Part shown: in pieces, positions 35,811 through 50,262 of the stretch
Layout of the letters: each line of letters opens with the position of its first letter
Numbering within the stretch: position 1 is the stretch's first letter
Assembly (NCBI GenBank): GCA_052327205.1
Contig: CM126203.1
Coordinates: forward strand, 313,658,001-313,722,000
Origin: Somniosus microcephalus
Taxonomy: Eukaryota
DNA length: 64,000 nt
Reading direction: 5' to 3'
Translations under genes and position numbers: made by a program
The notes under the pieces: model-generated
The model's database searches: none
Told to the model about the DNA's origin: nothing
The model's input: only the letters and a program-made list of their open reading frames with translations

Positions 35811-38279
35811 TTTGGAAAAGTGAAACAAGAACAGAAATACTGGAAACACTCAGCAGGCCATTCAGCACCAGTGGAAAGAACAGTTGGCCCCAATTTTAAC
35901 TCCAGGTGGCTTCCCCACTCAGGCCTGAGTTAAAATTATAGTCGGGTCTCAATTATGCCATCGGGCCGCAACATGCATATGTAAAAAAGGACCCTGTTGA
36001 CTCTGGGCGGGTGTCCTTGCTACCTACTTAGGAGAGCAGGTTAAAATTGCAGATACTGCGACCGTAACGGTTTTCGGACAGGTAAGAGCCAGGGCAGTTT
36101 TAACTGCCCATCCGCCAGGTTTCTGCTGAGCGAGTAGGGTTAAAATCGCCCCCATTTCGGGTGCAGACCCTTCTTCAAAAATTGGGAGGTTATTTGACCA
36201 TAGAAGTATCACAGCTGAGTCCAATCCTGATTTTACCAGACATCTACACATGTGAAAGTCACTGGAACCTTATCTAATTTTCATCTACCTGACCTAAGGC
36301 CAGTGAGTCTCAGTTTATTGGCTCTGCTGTAGTCCAGCAGAGTTGTGTAACTCATCACCGACTGGAGATTGAACTGGGACCTTCCTAGTCTGTATGGCTC
36401 AAATACTCACTGCCAGCATGATCGGAGTATCAGAGCAGCTGAGAATCATTTAGGTGCTATTTAGAGATAAAAAATACAAGCTATTATAATTTAAAACAGT
36501 GCCAGAAATGGGTTCAGTGGTACAGACAGCTTACTGCTTTTCAAAGATTTTGAAGCTGCTTAGAGTGTATTAACAAACAGTTCATTAAATACGTGGGGTC
36601 CTTCCACAGGCCTCTTTTGCACAATAAGCAATTCACTGTGTATCATGTTTCACTTGGCAGCCATAAAGCAGAGACTCCACCTGTTTAACTTGAATAAAAT
36701 ATCTTTATTCGTACATAAACACCGTAAAAAGCTGAGTCTATCAATACCAAGGAGAGGCCACATTAACTGACACATTGACAACCCAGCCCTTTTCCTTCTT
36801 GCAGGCATGAATTCATGTTCATGTTAATGGATATTGTCATTCAGGACAACATGGGGGGGGGGGGGGTGGGAGGGGATTTATGTGGGGAAAGGGTATTCGT
36901 AGGGACAGCAACAAAACTTGCACTGTGAAGCTGCCGAGTTCACTATTTGTACCACAGAATGCTGGGTGTGGGTAGTTACTTACATTTTTCCTGGTATATT
37001 TATTGATTGTTTCTGAACTCGTTTTCTCCACTGCTTGCCCACATTTTGATAAGTTTCTTTTTTTCTCTCCTTTTTTCTTTCTCTCCTTTTTTTTTTAAGA
37101 TGCCTCTCCCTATGCCACATGCCAGTCCACGGTCGTGAAGGTGGTGAAGTGACCTTCTTTTGGAGCCTATTCCTGGTTCCAGCTCCATTACCTATGAGGT
37201 TCAACCCACAATATGGTAGCACCCTGAAGGGCAGAACCAGCACCCAACCTCTGCCCATGCCTCTGTGTGGACGGGCCAGCAGGAGGCACACAGCAGCCCA
37301 TGTAGGGGAACAAACCACCCTTCTCCAAGATAACCCAACTGAGATTAGGAACTCAAAGTGTGGAGAATTACAGGGACAAGCCTACACACCATGTTGCAGT
37401 GCAATAACATACCAGACAGCTGCTTCACTGGCAACACAGTTCTTATGGTGGTGAGGGGAGGGGGGAGCGAATAATTACCTATTAAGGTCTGAAGCCCTAA
37501 CTTGATACTAATGGAACTTCAATTTGGAATTTGGAACAGGTTGGTTATGGAGACAGCTTCGCAATATCAGTAATGAGGATCTGATGCATATTATAAAGTA
37601 GATAGACAGAGGCAGGCACAGATGGATAGACACACACACACACACACACACATACACACTACTTGACGTTTCTCTGTAATCTACAACTAATATTTTCTTG
37701 TAAACGGACTGGAATGACATTAAAAAAACATATTATACCTAAATGTCATTCATCAGTTCTTGGAAACAGTGGAATGCAATAAGAATTAGGATAAATTTTT
37801 AACTGAAAAGGCAACAAGAAAATGAGGACAGTACAGTTATAGAATAACAGATTGCAGGGATTAAGTGAAAAGCTGTAACCTGATCTCAGGGTTCAGGTGA
37901 CATTCATAAGCCACTCAAGCTTTGTTTTTTTAGGGTATCATCCGAACACCTTGGATCAGTTAGAGGCTTTAAAGTCATTTCCACATTGCTGTTTTCCTAC
38001 AACTATGTAAGCACTTCAATTCAGACATGTCCTCATAAAACTAGTTCTTTAGGCACTAAAACTGTCAATTCAAACATTGACAAAGAAAGAAAGTCTTGTG
38101 CATTTTGTGTAATCTAAATTGGGAATATTGCAATCTATGAGTGAGCTCCCCCAATGACTTAATACTAAAACATAGAAGCCATAAATTTGCAGATTCAATC
38201 CCTGGTCCATGCTGAATTAAATGATTTCAGCCAGAGATTCAGGTAAGGTGCCACAATTGGCCTAATAATTGGCTGTTAG

Positions 38280-38842
38280 CTGTAGCTCAGTGGGTAGCAC
38301 ACTCACCTCTGAGTCAGAAGGTTGTGGGTTCATAGTCCCACTCCAGGGACTTGAGCTCATAAATCTAGGCTGGCACTCCAGTGCAGTGCTGAGGGAGTGC
38401 TGCACTGTTGGAGGTGCCGTCTTTCGGATGAAACATTAAACCGAGGCCCCGTCTGCTCTCTCAGGTGGACATAAAAGAACCCATGGCACTATTTTTGAAG
38501 AAGAGTAGGGGAGTTATCCCCGGTGCCCTGGCCAATATTTATCCCTCAACCAACATAACTAAAACGAAGGGTCATTGACCTGAAACGTTAACTTTGTTTC
38601 TCTCTCCACAGATGCTGCCTGACCTGCTGAGTGTTTCCAGCATTTCCTGTTTTTATAACTAAAACAGATTATCTGATCATTATCACATTGCTGTTTGTGG
38701 GACCTTGCTGTGCGCAAATTGGCTGCCACATTTCCCACATTACAACAGTGACTCCACTTCAAAAAAGTACTTCATTGACTGTAAAGTGCTTTGAGACGTC
38801 CGGTGGTCGTGAAAGGCGCTATATAAATGCAAGTCTTTCTTT
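38280..38842 (+). mobile_element. Full-length SacSINE1-like SINE containing an 89-bp Penelope-tail insertion (38566-38654)
   Basis: TAGCTCAGTGGG A box and Deu core; insert flanked by 11-bp duplication ATAACTAAAAC. Confidence 0.85.
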
Positions 38843-40495
38843 TTGATAGCTCCTGGGTTGGTGAGCGATAAAAATCAAGCAGGGTTCCACTGCTAATCAC
38901 TCTCCAGTGACTGCTATGGTAAAGTACATTTGCAAGGATGTTGAAGACTGTGGCTCGGCAGTGATTTGCTCCATGGTGGAATAACTTGGAGACTGTCAAT
39001 ACCTAGGGTCACGCATGAGGTATTAAGGCGGCAGCCAGCAACTGTACCACACCCTTCAAAACAGCAGGGAATTCAAGTGGGCAAAACACTGCAGGGAGTT
39101 AACAAAGATATGATATTGTAAGGTTCATAACATGAATTATAACAGATAATAGTCTCTAATTTAACCAATTTTACATCTCCTTGCGTAATCCTCTTCAGAG
39201 CCACCATTCTTAACAACTGCTCGTCAGTATTCCCACTCCCTGTCTCCGGAGATCAGGCCGCTAAGCTTCTGTTTGTTTTCAGTCATTTTCAAGTCCTCAC
39301 TGTACCAAAGGCTTCCTGATCCTTGGCCCCAGAGTCAGCCACTTAACAATAGCGCGAAAAAAAAAGATACTCAGTGGGAGGTCTGTCTTGGAAACATGTC
39401 CACATGTCCCATCATCCCATCCCCCTCCTCCTTCAACCACCCCCCACCCCCCTGCCCGCCGCCCGCCCACACCCACCCCCCCTGCAACAAACAAGTCACT
39501 GGGCCTGCTGTTTTGGGATAATGGTATTAGTCGAAGGTGAAGAAGACAGAAAGTCAATGACCGGATTTGTTCAATTTAACCTCTCTGACCCACCAGTTTC
39601 TTCACTCTGACTGTCACACTCCCTGATAGCAGCAAGAACAGCAGCAGCAGGCCGGTCTCAAACACAGAGGGGGCAGCCTCATAATCTAATGCATCTCGTA
39701 ATTAGGGTCTAGCCTGCCATTGTAAATTAGCGACCAGCAAGCACTTGGGTAAATATTATCATTAAAAGCCTGCTGTGTTGTATCACCTTCAGGGGCCAGA
39801 AGAAAATAAAACCATCCTAATTATCCAGTTCACCAAGAAAATGCCAATCGATACTTATTGTTTAATACTCATTACATTTTACTTTTTTGCCTCTTCCAAA
39901 TTTGTGCCCTCTTTTCCTAAAGGCAATGACTCTTGCTAAGTTACAATTTCATGGGTCCAGATGCCTCCAGCACGCAACCCTACGGACGACTGTTCATATC
40001 TGAGCCTAAACATTAAGTGGTGGCAGGCTATTCGATCATGGGAGTTATGAGGGCTGGCCAATCCTGCCTTGCCCAATGTTCACTGACATGCACATTCCAA
40101 CAGACACCAATGCATGGTGCTCAGGAGATGGAAGCCTGGTTGATCCCTCGCTGGATCAGGACCACTGGTGTGGTTGACCATGTCAAAGGCTGCATATTAC
40201 TCAAGGAGGATGAGGAGGGATAATACACCAGTGTCACAGTTACAGAGAATGTTGTTTGTGACTTTGGTTAGGGTTGTTTCAGTGCTGTGGGCGGGGCAGA
40301 AACCTGACTGGAATGATTTAAACAGGGAATTGCGGGTGTGACAGGTACGGATACCCACTGAGCCATTGGCAAATCTAAGTGTTGCTTTCACTGTTGCATA
40401 TTAGCAAGTATCAAGAATTCCAATAAAGTTATTGGAGGGGAGCTTGTGTCATGTAAGATTCATTTGTACCATGACACTGTACCTTTAAATCTCAT

Positions 40496-41141
40496 GGGGA
40501 AAAATTTGGTTGCTTTGCGCCTCCCGTTAGTGCCCTAATGGGGCACAAAGCAACTAGCGTCCGGGCGCGGCAATGTTTGCGCCGCTCACGAAATTGATCA
40601 GACATTTTGTGGCAGCGCTAAACACTACCGCCATGATCTCCTGCGCCCGCAGATTGTGACGTCAGTTGAGCGTGCAACACCCCAGTAGCGCCCCGGACCA
40701 GATATTGAGTGGTGCCCACTGCCTTACCGCCTGCCGCTAGCAACGACAGGTTGAGGGGAGTGTTTTGCAGTCGGGAAGGGACTGGGAGAGCGTTATTTAA
40801 AGGCGAGCGCTTCCTGCCTTTTTTGTCGGCGACACTTTTGCACCACGCATTCTGAGAGAGAGAGTGAGAGACTTCCCCTTTAAGAACTGGCCGGCGCCAG
40901 TGTGCCTGTGTTCCATTGCTGATTGACATCACATGAGCTTCGCCAGCGCTCTGAGGTAACGCTTCGCTCCTCGGTGTTAGCGCCTTAAGAGAGGTGTGTA
41001 GTGCCTGATTTAGCGCTCCAATCACCTCCAGGGGCGATAGAAGCCAAGTTTGCAGTCGGAGGTGATAATTAGCGCCAGGCGCTAAACTTTGCGCTTGGCT
41101 GATAATTGCGCCCCAAACGGGGTGATACTGAATTTCTCCCC
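40496..41141. mobile_element. GC-rich MITE, PIF/Harbinger-type (shorter sister of 52056-53059)
   Basis: GGGGAAAAATTT...AATTTCTCCCC termini; colinear with 52056-53059. Confidence 0.75.
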
Positions 41142-43129
41142 CTCTACTGTTTTACAAGCAGTTCAAGAATGTGGTCTCTATAGCTTTGAAATATTAAAAT
41201 GTGCTGGCAAATGTAATTTTATTTGCCTTTAAGTGTTAATTCAACCTGCTGTATCTTCAGCTACTTTTATATTCAGTGGAGCCACCAGCTTGCTGGGTCT
41301 TCCCAGCTGCCCGCCTTAGCAAATCCAGCAAACTTACTTTGATGCAGCATGAGACAAATGCGTCAGTAGCCGGCGGCTCTAGAACCTAATATAAAAGCAG
41401 CTAAAGACCCTCTCTCAGCAGTTCAACGCCAATCAAAGGGTCTGCAGAAAAAGAATGTGCAGTTGTTGTTTGAACAGTCAAACTTTCCCCTTCCCCTCCC
41501 CTCCACCAGATAAATACTTTATGGTTTGCTCAGTTTGGGTGGGACACCTTGTCATGATCTCTGAAGGATGACTCATGGTTTACTATCACCCACCCCCAAC
41601 AAAGGAAAATGTTATTATCCTTTGTAGTTAACCTTATGACAATTTTAGTCTGTAGATTCTTGCCCTTTAGAACAGTTACTGGTGACCTGGCCAACCTCGT
41701 GGCAGGTTTATGAATTTATCAATTCTCCTGTCAATGGTGCTTTTGTCCTTGCGTGGTTTTACATTCAATCCCTTAGTGATGGGGCAGTGAGGGTGTTAGG
41801 GCTCTCCATTAGATTCCAGTGTACTGCGATCTGATTGTTTTCGTTCTATGAGAGTTTTATAAAACAGTCAGTGGCTTGCCGATAGCCCAAACATTTTAGC
41901 CTTTATTTATGAATAATAATATTTATACCTCATTTACCTTGCAAAGGTGGGCTTGGGAGAGCAGAGGAAAAGTCGCAGTTCCTAACATATTGTGCTGCTC
42001 CTTGACCAGTGAATAATGAATGGCCGGCGGGGGGCGGGGTGGGGGGGGGGCGGTGCACACAGGAAGACAGAAAAACAAGCTTGCTTTAAATCAGGAAGGG
42101 AATATATATATTTAAAAATACAGAGCGTCGGCATGCTTTGCACGATCAAGAGCGGGTCATTCATACAAAAACATCTTTCTAATAATTTCAGGCCAGGCGG
42201 AAATCATATTTGCGTTGCATGCACAAACTGTGGTATTGGGCTGACTCATTGGATCAGGGCACAGGCAGCATGCCAGGCGAACAGATTGTTAAGCAAAACA
42301 TCAGCCCTGTAATCTTTAAAGCCATTCGGCAAGTAAAGTGAAATACAGATCTTCTGTAAGCACTGGGCAGATGCCAAGGGATTACACTAACACTGGGGTG
42401 ACTGGATCCAGTCCAGCAAAGACTGCTCCTGCTGTACACAGATTAGGCTTCACCCACTCTACTATCCAGTTGGCCTGATGGTATCAAATGTAACGTACTT
42501 GTTATTATTGTGGATAAAGACTAGATATTTTCCATGTACTCACTAATCTCTACTGATACCAGCAATCAGAAATATGTGCAAACCTCTCTCCTTTATTCCT
42601 CTTACTTTTGTTGTTGTACTACTTGATTCAGATATTTTGCAGCATTTTTGTAATGATTAATTACTATTTAAGAGACACATTTTGTAGCAAAACTTCACCC
42701 ATTGTTGCACATTTTCAAATGATTCCCCATGCACAATATCCCTCTAATGTTTCTACTGAAATGATCAGGGTTTTCACATGCCCGACATCACTTTACTTGT
42801 TGTTAAACAATGATCCTGATGCCCAACATCCACTGATCCCTATGTTCTCTGCACCACTGTCACTTATCTTAGGCTCAGTAACCCATGTGCACTAATTCTT
42901 CCGACCCCTGTGCCTTATTGTCTAGTGACCTCTGTATCCTGTATTCAGTGATTCCTGTTGCCTACATCCAGTGACCCATGTGCTTTATGACATTGTATTA
43001 TGTTCAGTCCATTTGACACTTCAACAAATAAGTACGTCTAGAGAAGAGCTCCTGTGAGGGAAGGTAGTAAATCTAATTAAAGTTAAATATCAGGAAGGTG
43101 CTTGAAGCATTAGTATGTACAGTATTAGT

Positions 43130-43678
43130 AAGTATATCACTGGAGTACTGCGTTCAGTTTTGAACACCAAACCTCAGGTGGCCTTGGAGGGGAAACAGTG
43201 CATTCACCAGAATGATACCAGGGCATAAAGGGTTAAATTATGAGAACAGGTTGCATAAACTTGGCTTTGATTCCCTTGAATTTAAATGGTTGAGGGGATC
43301 CAGTTGAGGTGTTTATATAATGATAAAGGGATTTGATAGTGTAGATACAGAGAAACTATTTGCTCGGGTGGGGAATCCAGAACAAGGGGTATAATCTTAG
43401 AATTAGAGCTAGGTCATTTAGAAGTGAAATCAGGAAGCACTTTTTCACACTTAGGTAGTGGAAATCTGGAACACTCTCCTCCAAAAGGCTGTGTATGGTG
43501 AGTCATTTGAAATTTTCAAGACTGATATGGATAAATTTTTGTTAGGTAAGGGTATCAAAGGATGTGGAGCAAAGGCGGACAAATAGAGTAGAGATACAGA
43601 TCAGCCATGATGTAGTTGAATGGCGGGACAGGCTCAAAGATCTGATTGGCCTGCTACTGCTCTTACCTTCTTATGTTC
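43130..43678 (+). mobile_element. Old CR1 LINE 3' fragment
   Basis: Degenerate similarity to the other CR1 3' ends (GAGTACTGCGTTCAGTTTTG..., GTGGAAATCTGGAAC, tail). Confidence 0.7.
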
Positions 43679-44831
43679 CGATAAAAGATCACTCCTAATT
43701 TTCACAGAGATACAACAATGTATGTGACAATTATTTGCTTTGCTTCCTCCCCAAGCTAGTGTATTCCTCGCACTCCGATAAAAAATTAATTTTGGAACCA
43801 CACCTCATCTTCTTAGCAAGAGTGGACATCGAGAATGCAACGGCATTCCTATACCTAGCATTCATTGGGCATTAATGATGAGAAATTCCATTGGAAGCAG
43901 TATTCCCATCATCAGCCTAATTATGAATAGGGATAAGAACATAAAACATAAAAAATAAGAGCAGGAGTAGGCCATATGGCCCCTTGAGCCTGCTCCGCCA
44001 TTCAATAAGATCATTGCTGATCATTGACCTCAACTCCACTTCCCCGCCCGATCTCCGTGTCCCTTGATTCCCCTAGAGTCCAAAAATCTATCTATCTCAG
44101 CCTTGAATATACTCAAAGACTCAGCATTCACAGCCCTCGGGGGCAGAGACTTCCAAAGATTCACAAACCTCTGAGTGAAGAAATTCCTCCTCATCTCAGT
44201 ATTAAATGGCCGACCCCTTATCCTGAGACTATGCCCCCTAGTTCTAGACACTCCAGCCAGGGGAAACAACCTCTCAGCATCTACCCTGTCAATCCCCTTC
44301 AGAACTTTGTATGTTTCAATGAGATCACCTCATTCTTCTAAACTCCAGAGAGTATAGGCCCATTCTACACAATCTCTCATCATAGGACAGCTCTCTCATC
44401 CCAGGAATCAATCTAGTGAACCTTTGTTGCACCATCTCCAAGGCAAGTATATCCTTCCTTAGATAAAGAGACCAAAACTGTGCACAGTACTCCAGGTGTG
44501 GTCTCACCAAGGCCCTGTACAATTGTAGCAAGACTTCCTTACTCTTAAACTCCAACCCCCTTGCAATAACCCCCTTGCAATAACGGCCAACATGCCATTT
44601 GCCTTCCTTATTGCTTGCTGTGCCTGCATGCTAGCTTTCTGTGTTTCTTTCACAAGTACACCCAAATCTCTCTGAACACCAACATTTAAAAGTTTCTCAC
44701 CATTTAAAAAATATTCTGTTTTTCTATTCTTCCTACCAAAGTGAATAACCTCACATTTCCTTACATTATATTCCATCTGCCAACTTACTGCCCACTCACT
44801 TAGTCTATCTATATCCCTTTGCAGACTCTTT

Positions 44832-45541
44832 GGGGGAGAAACTGGGTTGAGCCGCAAACGGGGCGCCAAGCTCGCCTGGGCGCCAGATTTTGCGCTGTGA
44901 TCGGAGCAGCAGCGATCGCCGGAAATTCAGCTTGAGCGCCCCAAGAGGGACACGGGGCGAGGCTCGAGGCGCTCCGCGTCCCTCTTAGGGCGCTGAAACT
45001 GAATATCGCAGCGCAACGTGCCACAGCGCCACACGCTGCAGCACAGCGCGCTGCGGTACTGCAGGCCTTCCTCCCATTCTTAAGGGGGAGGGGCCTGCAC
45101 CAGTGTGATGAGCGATCGCGGGTGCCGGCAAAAGAGCCCGGCACCGAGGAGAAGTGCTGGGCTCTTGGAAAACAGCCGGCAATGCCGCGGGGGGAGAACA
45201 GGAGGCCGGGGACGGAGGTGCTGGCAGGCGGCCGCCGAAAAAAACGGCCGCCCTGCACCTCCACCTTAATTTGCGCCACTACCACCATAGGTAGGCCCCA
45301 TGAACCGGGCGCGATTAGCGAGCGGCGCTACAGAGGCAGTCGCTGCCAAATATCGCGATCGGGGTGGTAGCGGGGCGCTGCGCACACCGATGACGTCATC
45401 GGTGGCGGCACAGTTCAACAGGCTAACGCTGCTATTAGCGCCCCAGCTAAATATCGCGGGAGGCGTGGCCAGTGGCGCTACAGCCACTGAGTGCCCTCTT
45501 TAGGCGCTAACTGGTGGCGCAGCCCACCAAATTTCTCCCCT
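44832..45541. mobile_element. GC-rich MITE, PIF/Harbinger-type
   Basis: GGGGAGAAACTGG...CCAAATTTCTCCCC termini; interior homologous (inverted) to 14739-15451; interrupts CR1 RT. Confidence 0.78.
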
Positions 45542-45583
45542 TTTGTGTTCTCCTCACAGCTTACTGTCCCACCTAGCTTTGTA

Positions 45584-48404
45584 ATTGGATGTAATTGGAA
45601 TTAAGGAGACATGGCTTCAGGGTGACCAAGGCTGGGAATTCAATATCCCGGGGTATTCAATATTCAGGAAGGACAGGCAAAAAGGAAAAGGAGGTGGGGT
45701 AGCATTGCTGGTTAAAGAGGAGATTAACACAATAGTAAGGAACGATATTAGCTCTGATGATGTGGAATCTGTATGGGTAGGGCTGAGAAATACCAAGGGG
45801 CAGAAAACGTTAGTGGGAGTTGTACAGACCCCCAAACAGTAATGCTGAGGTTGGGGATGGCATTAAATGGGAAATTAGAGATGCGTGCAATAAGGGCACA
45901 GCAGTTATCGTGGGTGATTTTAATCTACATATAGATTGGGCTAACCAAATTAGTAACAATACTGTGGAGGAGGAATTCCTAGAGTGTATACGGGATGGTT
46001 TCCTGGACCAATATGTCGAGGAACTAACTAGACATCAGACCATCTTAGACTGGGTATTAGGTAATGAGAAAGGATTAATTAGCAATCTTGTTGTGCGAGG
46101 CCCCTTGGGTCGGAGCGATCATAATATGATAGAATTCTTCATTAAGATGGAGAGTGAAGTAGTTGACTCAGAGACTAGGGTCCTGAATTTAAATAAAGGA
46201 AACTACGATGGTATGAGGCGCAAGTTGGCTGGGATGGATTGGGGAACGTTACTTAAAGGGTTGACGGTGGATAGGCAATGGCAAACATTTAAAGATCACA
46301 TGGATGAACAATAGAATTTGTTCATCCCTGTTTGGCATAAAAATAAAACAAAAAAAGTGACTCAACCGTGGCTAACAAGGGAAATTAGGGATAGCATAAG
46401 ATCCAAGGAGAGGACATATCAATTGGCCAGAAAAAGCAGCAAACCTGAGGATTGGGAGCAGTTTAGGATTCAGCAAAGGAGGACAAAGGGATGAATTAAG
46501 AGGAGGAAAATAGAACATGAGAGTAAGCTTGCAGGGAACATAAAAACTGAATGTAAAAGCTTCTATAGATATGTGAAGAGAAAAAGATTGGTGAAGTCAA
46601 GCGTAGGTCCCTTGCAGTCAGAATCAGGGGAATTTATAATGGGTAACAAAGAAATGGCTTCCAATTAAATACATACTTTGGTTTTGTCTTCACAAAGGAG
46701 GACACAAATAACCTCCCAGAGATGTCGGGGAACATAGGGTCTAATGAGAGGGAGGAATTGAACGAAATCAGTATTTGTAGGGAAATGTTGTTAGGGAAAT
46801 TGATGGCATTGAAGGCCGATAAATCCCCAGGGCCTGATAATCTACATCCTAGGGTACTTAAGGAAGTGGCCCTAGAAATAGTAGATGCATTGCTGGTCAT
46901 CTTCCAAAATTCACTGGAATCTGGAACAGTACCCATGGCTTGGAGGGTAGCTAATGTTACCCACTATTCAAAAAAGGTGGTAGAGAGAAAACGGGGAATT
47001 ATAGACTGGTAAGCCTGACATCGGTAGTAGGGAAAATGCTAGAGTCCATTATAAAAGATGTAATAGCAGAGCACTTGGAAAACAGTGACAGGATTGGACA
47101 AAGTCAACATGGATTTACCAAAGGTAAATCATGCTTGACTAATCTACTGGAATTTTTTGAGGATGTAACTGGTAGAATAGATAAGGGAGAACCAGTGGAT
47201 GTGGTGTATTTGGACTTTCAGAAGGCTTTCGATAAGGTCCCGCATAAGAGATTGGTGTGCAAAGTTAAAGCACATGGGATTGGGGGTAAGGTACTGACTT
47301 GGATAGAGAACTGGTTGGCAGGCAGGAAGCAAAGAGTTAGAATAAACGGGTCTTTTTCCGAGTGGCAGGCAGTGACTAGTGGGGTACCACAGGGATCGGT
47401 GCTAGGACCCCAGCTATTCACAATATATATTAATGATCTAGATGAGGGAACTAGATGTAATATCTCCAAGTTTGCAGACGACACAAAGCTGGGTGGGCAC
47501 GTGTGCTGTGAGGAGGATGCAGAGAAACTCCAGTATGATTTGGACAGGTTGGGTGATTGGGCAGATGCATGGCAGATGCAGTATAATGTGGGTAAATGCG
47601 AGGGTATCCACTTTGGTGGCAAAAACAGGAAGACAGATTATTATCTGAATGGCAATAGATTGGAAAAGGGGAAGTGCAACGAGACCTGGGTGTCCTTGTG
47701 CACCAGTCGCTGAAGGTAAGCATGCAGGTGCAGCAGGTGGTTAAGAAGGCAAATGGTATGTTGGCCTTCATAGTGAGAGGATTCGAGGAAAGGAGCAAGG
47801 ATGTCTTGTTGCAGTTGTACAGGGTCTTGGTGAGACCACACCTTGAGTATTGTGTGCAGTTTTGGTCGCCTTATCTGAGGAAGGATGTTCTTGCCATGGA
47901 GGGAGTGCAGCGAAGATTCACCGGACTGATACCTGGGATGGCAGGAATGACGTATGAAGAGAGATTGGGTCGATTAGGCTTATATTCGCTAGAGTTTAGA
48001 AGAATGAGAGGGGATCTCATTGAAACTTATAAAATTCTAACAGGACTAGACAGACTAGATGCAGGAAGGATGTTCCCGATAGCGGGGGAGTCCAGAACCA
48101 GGGGTCACAGTCTAAGGATAAGGGTTAAGCCATTTAGGACTGAGATGAGGAGGAATTTCTTCACCCAGAGAGATGTGAACCTGTGGAATTCTCTACCACA
48201 GACGGCAGTTGAGCCCAACTTATTAAATATATTCAATAAGGAGTTGGATATATTTCTTAAGGCTAAAGGGATCAAGGGATATGGGGAGAAAGCAGGGACA
48301 GGGTACTGAATTTGGATGATCAGCCATGATCTCATTAAATGGCTGAAGAGGCTCGAGGGGCCGAATGGCCTACTCCTGCTCCTATCCTCTATGTTTGCAT
48401 GTTT
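45584..48404 (+). mobile_element. 5'-truncated CR1 LINE, same family as 3507-6260
   Basis: APE (IKETWL, YRPPNS, VGDFN, SDHN) and RT (GVPQGSVLGP, FADD); 7-bp TSD CTTTGTA at 45577-45583 and 48405-48411. Confidence 0.95.
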
Positions 48405-50262
48405 CTTTGTATCATCAGCAAACATGGATATGGTACACTCGGTCCCTTCATCTAGCTCATTAATATAGGATGTAAATAGCTGAGGCCCAAGCACTGATCG
48501 TTGCGGCACGCCACTAGTTACAGCCTGCCAACATGAAAAAGACCCGTTTATCCCTACGCTCTGTTTTCTGTCCGTTAACCAATCCTCTATGCATGCTACT
48601 AAATTACCCCCAATCCCATGAGCCCTTATCTTGTGTAATAACCTTTTATGTGGCACCTTATCGAATGCCTTTTGGTAATCCAAATACACTACATCCACTG
48701 GTTCCCCTTAATCTACCCTGCTAGTTACATCCTCAAAAAATTCTAACAAATTTGTCAAACACCATTTCCCTTTCATAAAACCATGTTGACTCTGCCTAAT
48801 CATGTTATGATTTTCTAAGTGCCCTGATACAATTTCCTTAACAATGGATTCCAGCATTTTACCAATGACTGATATCAGGCTCACTGGTCTGTTATTCCCT
48901 GTTTTCTCTTTTCCTCCTTTCTTGAATAGCGGTGTTACATTTGCTGCCTTCCAATCCGCTCGATCTAGGGAATTTTGGAAGATCAAAACCAATGTATCCA
49001 CTATCTCTGCAGCCACCTCTTTTAGAACCCTAGGATGTAGGCCATCAGGTCCAGGGGATTTGTTGGCTTTTAGTCCCAATAATTTGTCAAGTACTTTTTC
49101 TCTACTGATATTAATTACGTTAAGTTCCTCACCCTCAGTTCCCCACCATTTTTGGTATGCTTTTTGTGTCTTCTACTACGAAGACAGATACAAAATATTT
49201 GTTTAATGTTTCTGCCATTTCCTTATTACCCATAATAATTTCTCCTGTCTCAGCCTCTAAGGGACCAACGTTTACTTTTGCTACTCTTTTCTTTTTTACA
49301 TACTAGCAGAAGCTCTTGCGATCTGTTTTTATATTTCTTGCTCGCTTTCTCTCATTCCATTTTTTCCCCTCTTTCTCAATTTTTTGGTCATCCTTTGCTG
49401 GTTTCTGAAACTCTCCCAATCCTCAGGCTTACTACTATTCGTTGCAACATTATAAACTTCTTCTTTCAATCTAATGCTATCCTTAACTTCTTTAGTTAGC
49501 CACGGATGGATCACTTTCCCTGTGGAGTTTTTGTTTCTCAATGGAATGTATTTTTGTTGAGAATTAGGAAATATTTCTTTAAATGCTAGCTACTGCTTAT
49601 CTACCGGCATACCTGTTAATCTATTTTTCCAATCAACCTTAGCCAACTCGCCCCTCATACCTATGTAATTGGCTTTATTTAAGTTTAAGACTCTAGTTTC
49701 AGACTTAGGCAAGTCATTCTCAAAATTAACGTGAAATTCTATCATATTATGATCACTCTGCCCCAGAGGATCCTTTGCTATGAGATTGCTAATTAACCCT
49801 GTCTCATTACAAAATACAAGATCTAAAATAGCCTGTTCCCTGGTTGGTTCCATGATGTATTGTTCTAGGAAACTGTCCCAAATGCATTCCATGAACTCGT
49901 CCTCCAGACTACCTTTGCCAATTTGATTTGTCCAGTCTATATGAAGATTAAAGTCCCCCATGGTTATTGCATTACCTTTGTTTCAAGCTCCTAATATTTC
50001 TTGATTCTGTCCAACGGTATAGCTACTGTTAGGGGGCCTATATACTACGCCCATCAGTGTTTTTTGCCCCTTGTTATTCCTTCTCTCCACCCATACTGAT
50101 TATTCTTTCTGATCTCCCAAGCCGAGATCCTTTCTCTCTACTGCCCTCATGTCATCCTTTATTATCAGGGCTATCTCCCCTCCTTTTCTATTCTGCCTCT
50201 CTTTTCAAAACGTCAAGTACTCTGGAACATTTAGTTCCCAACCTTGGTCACCTTGCAACTAC

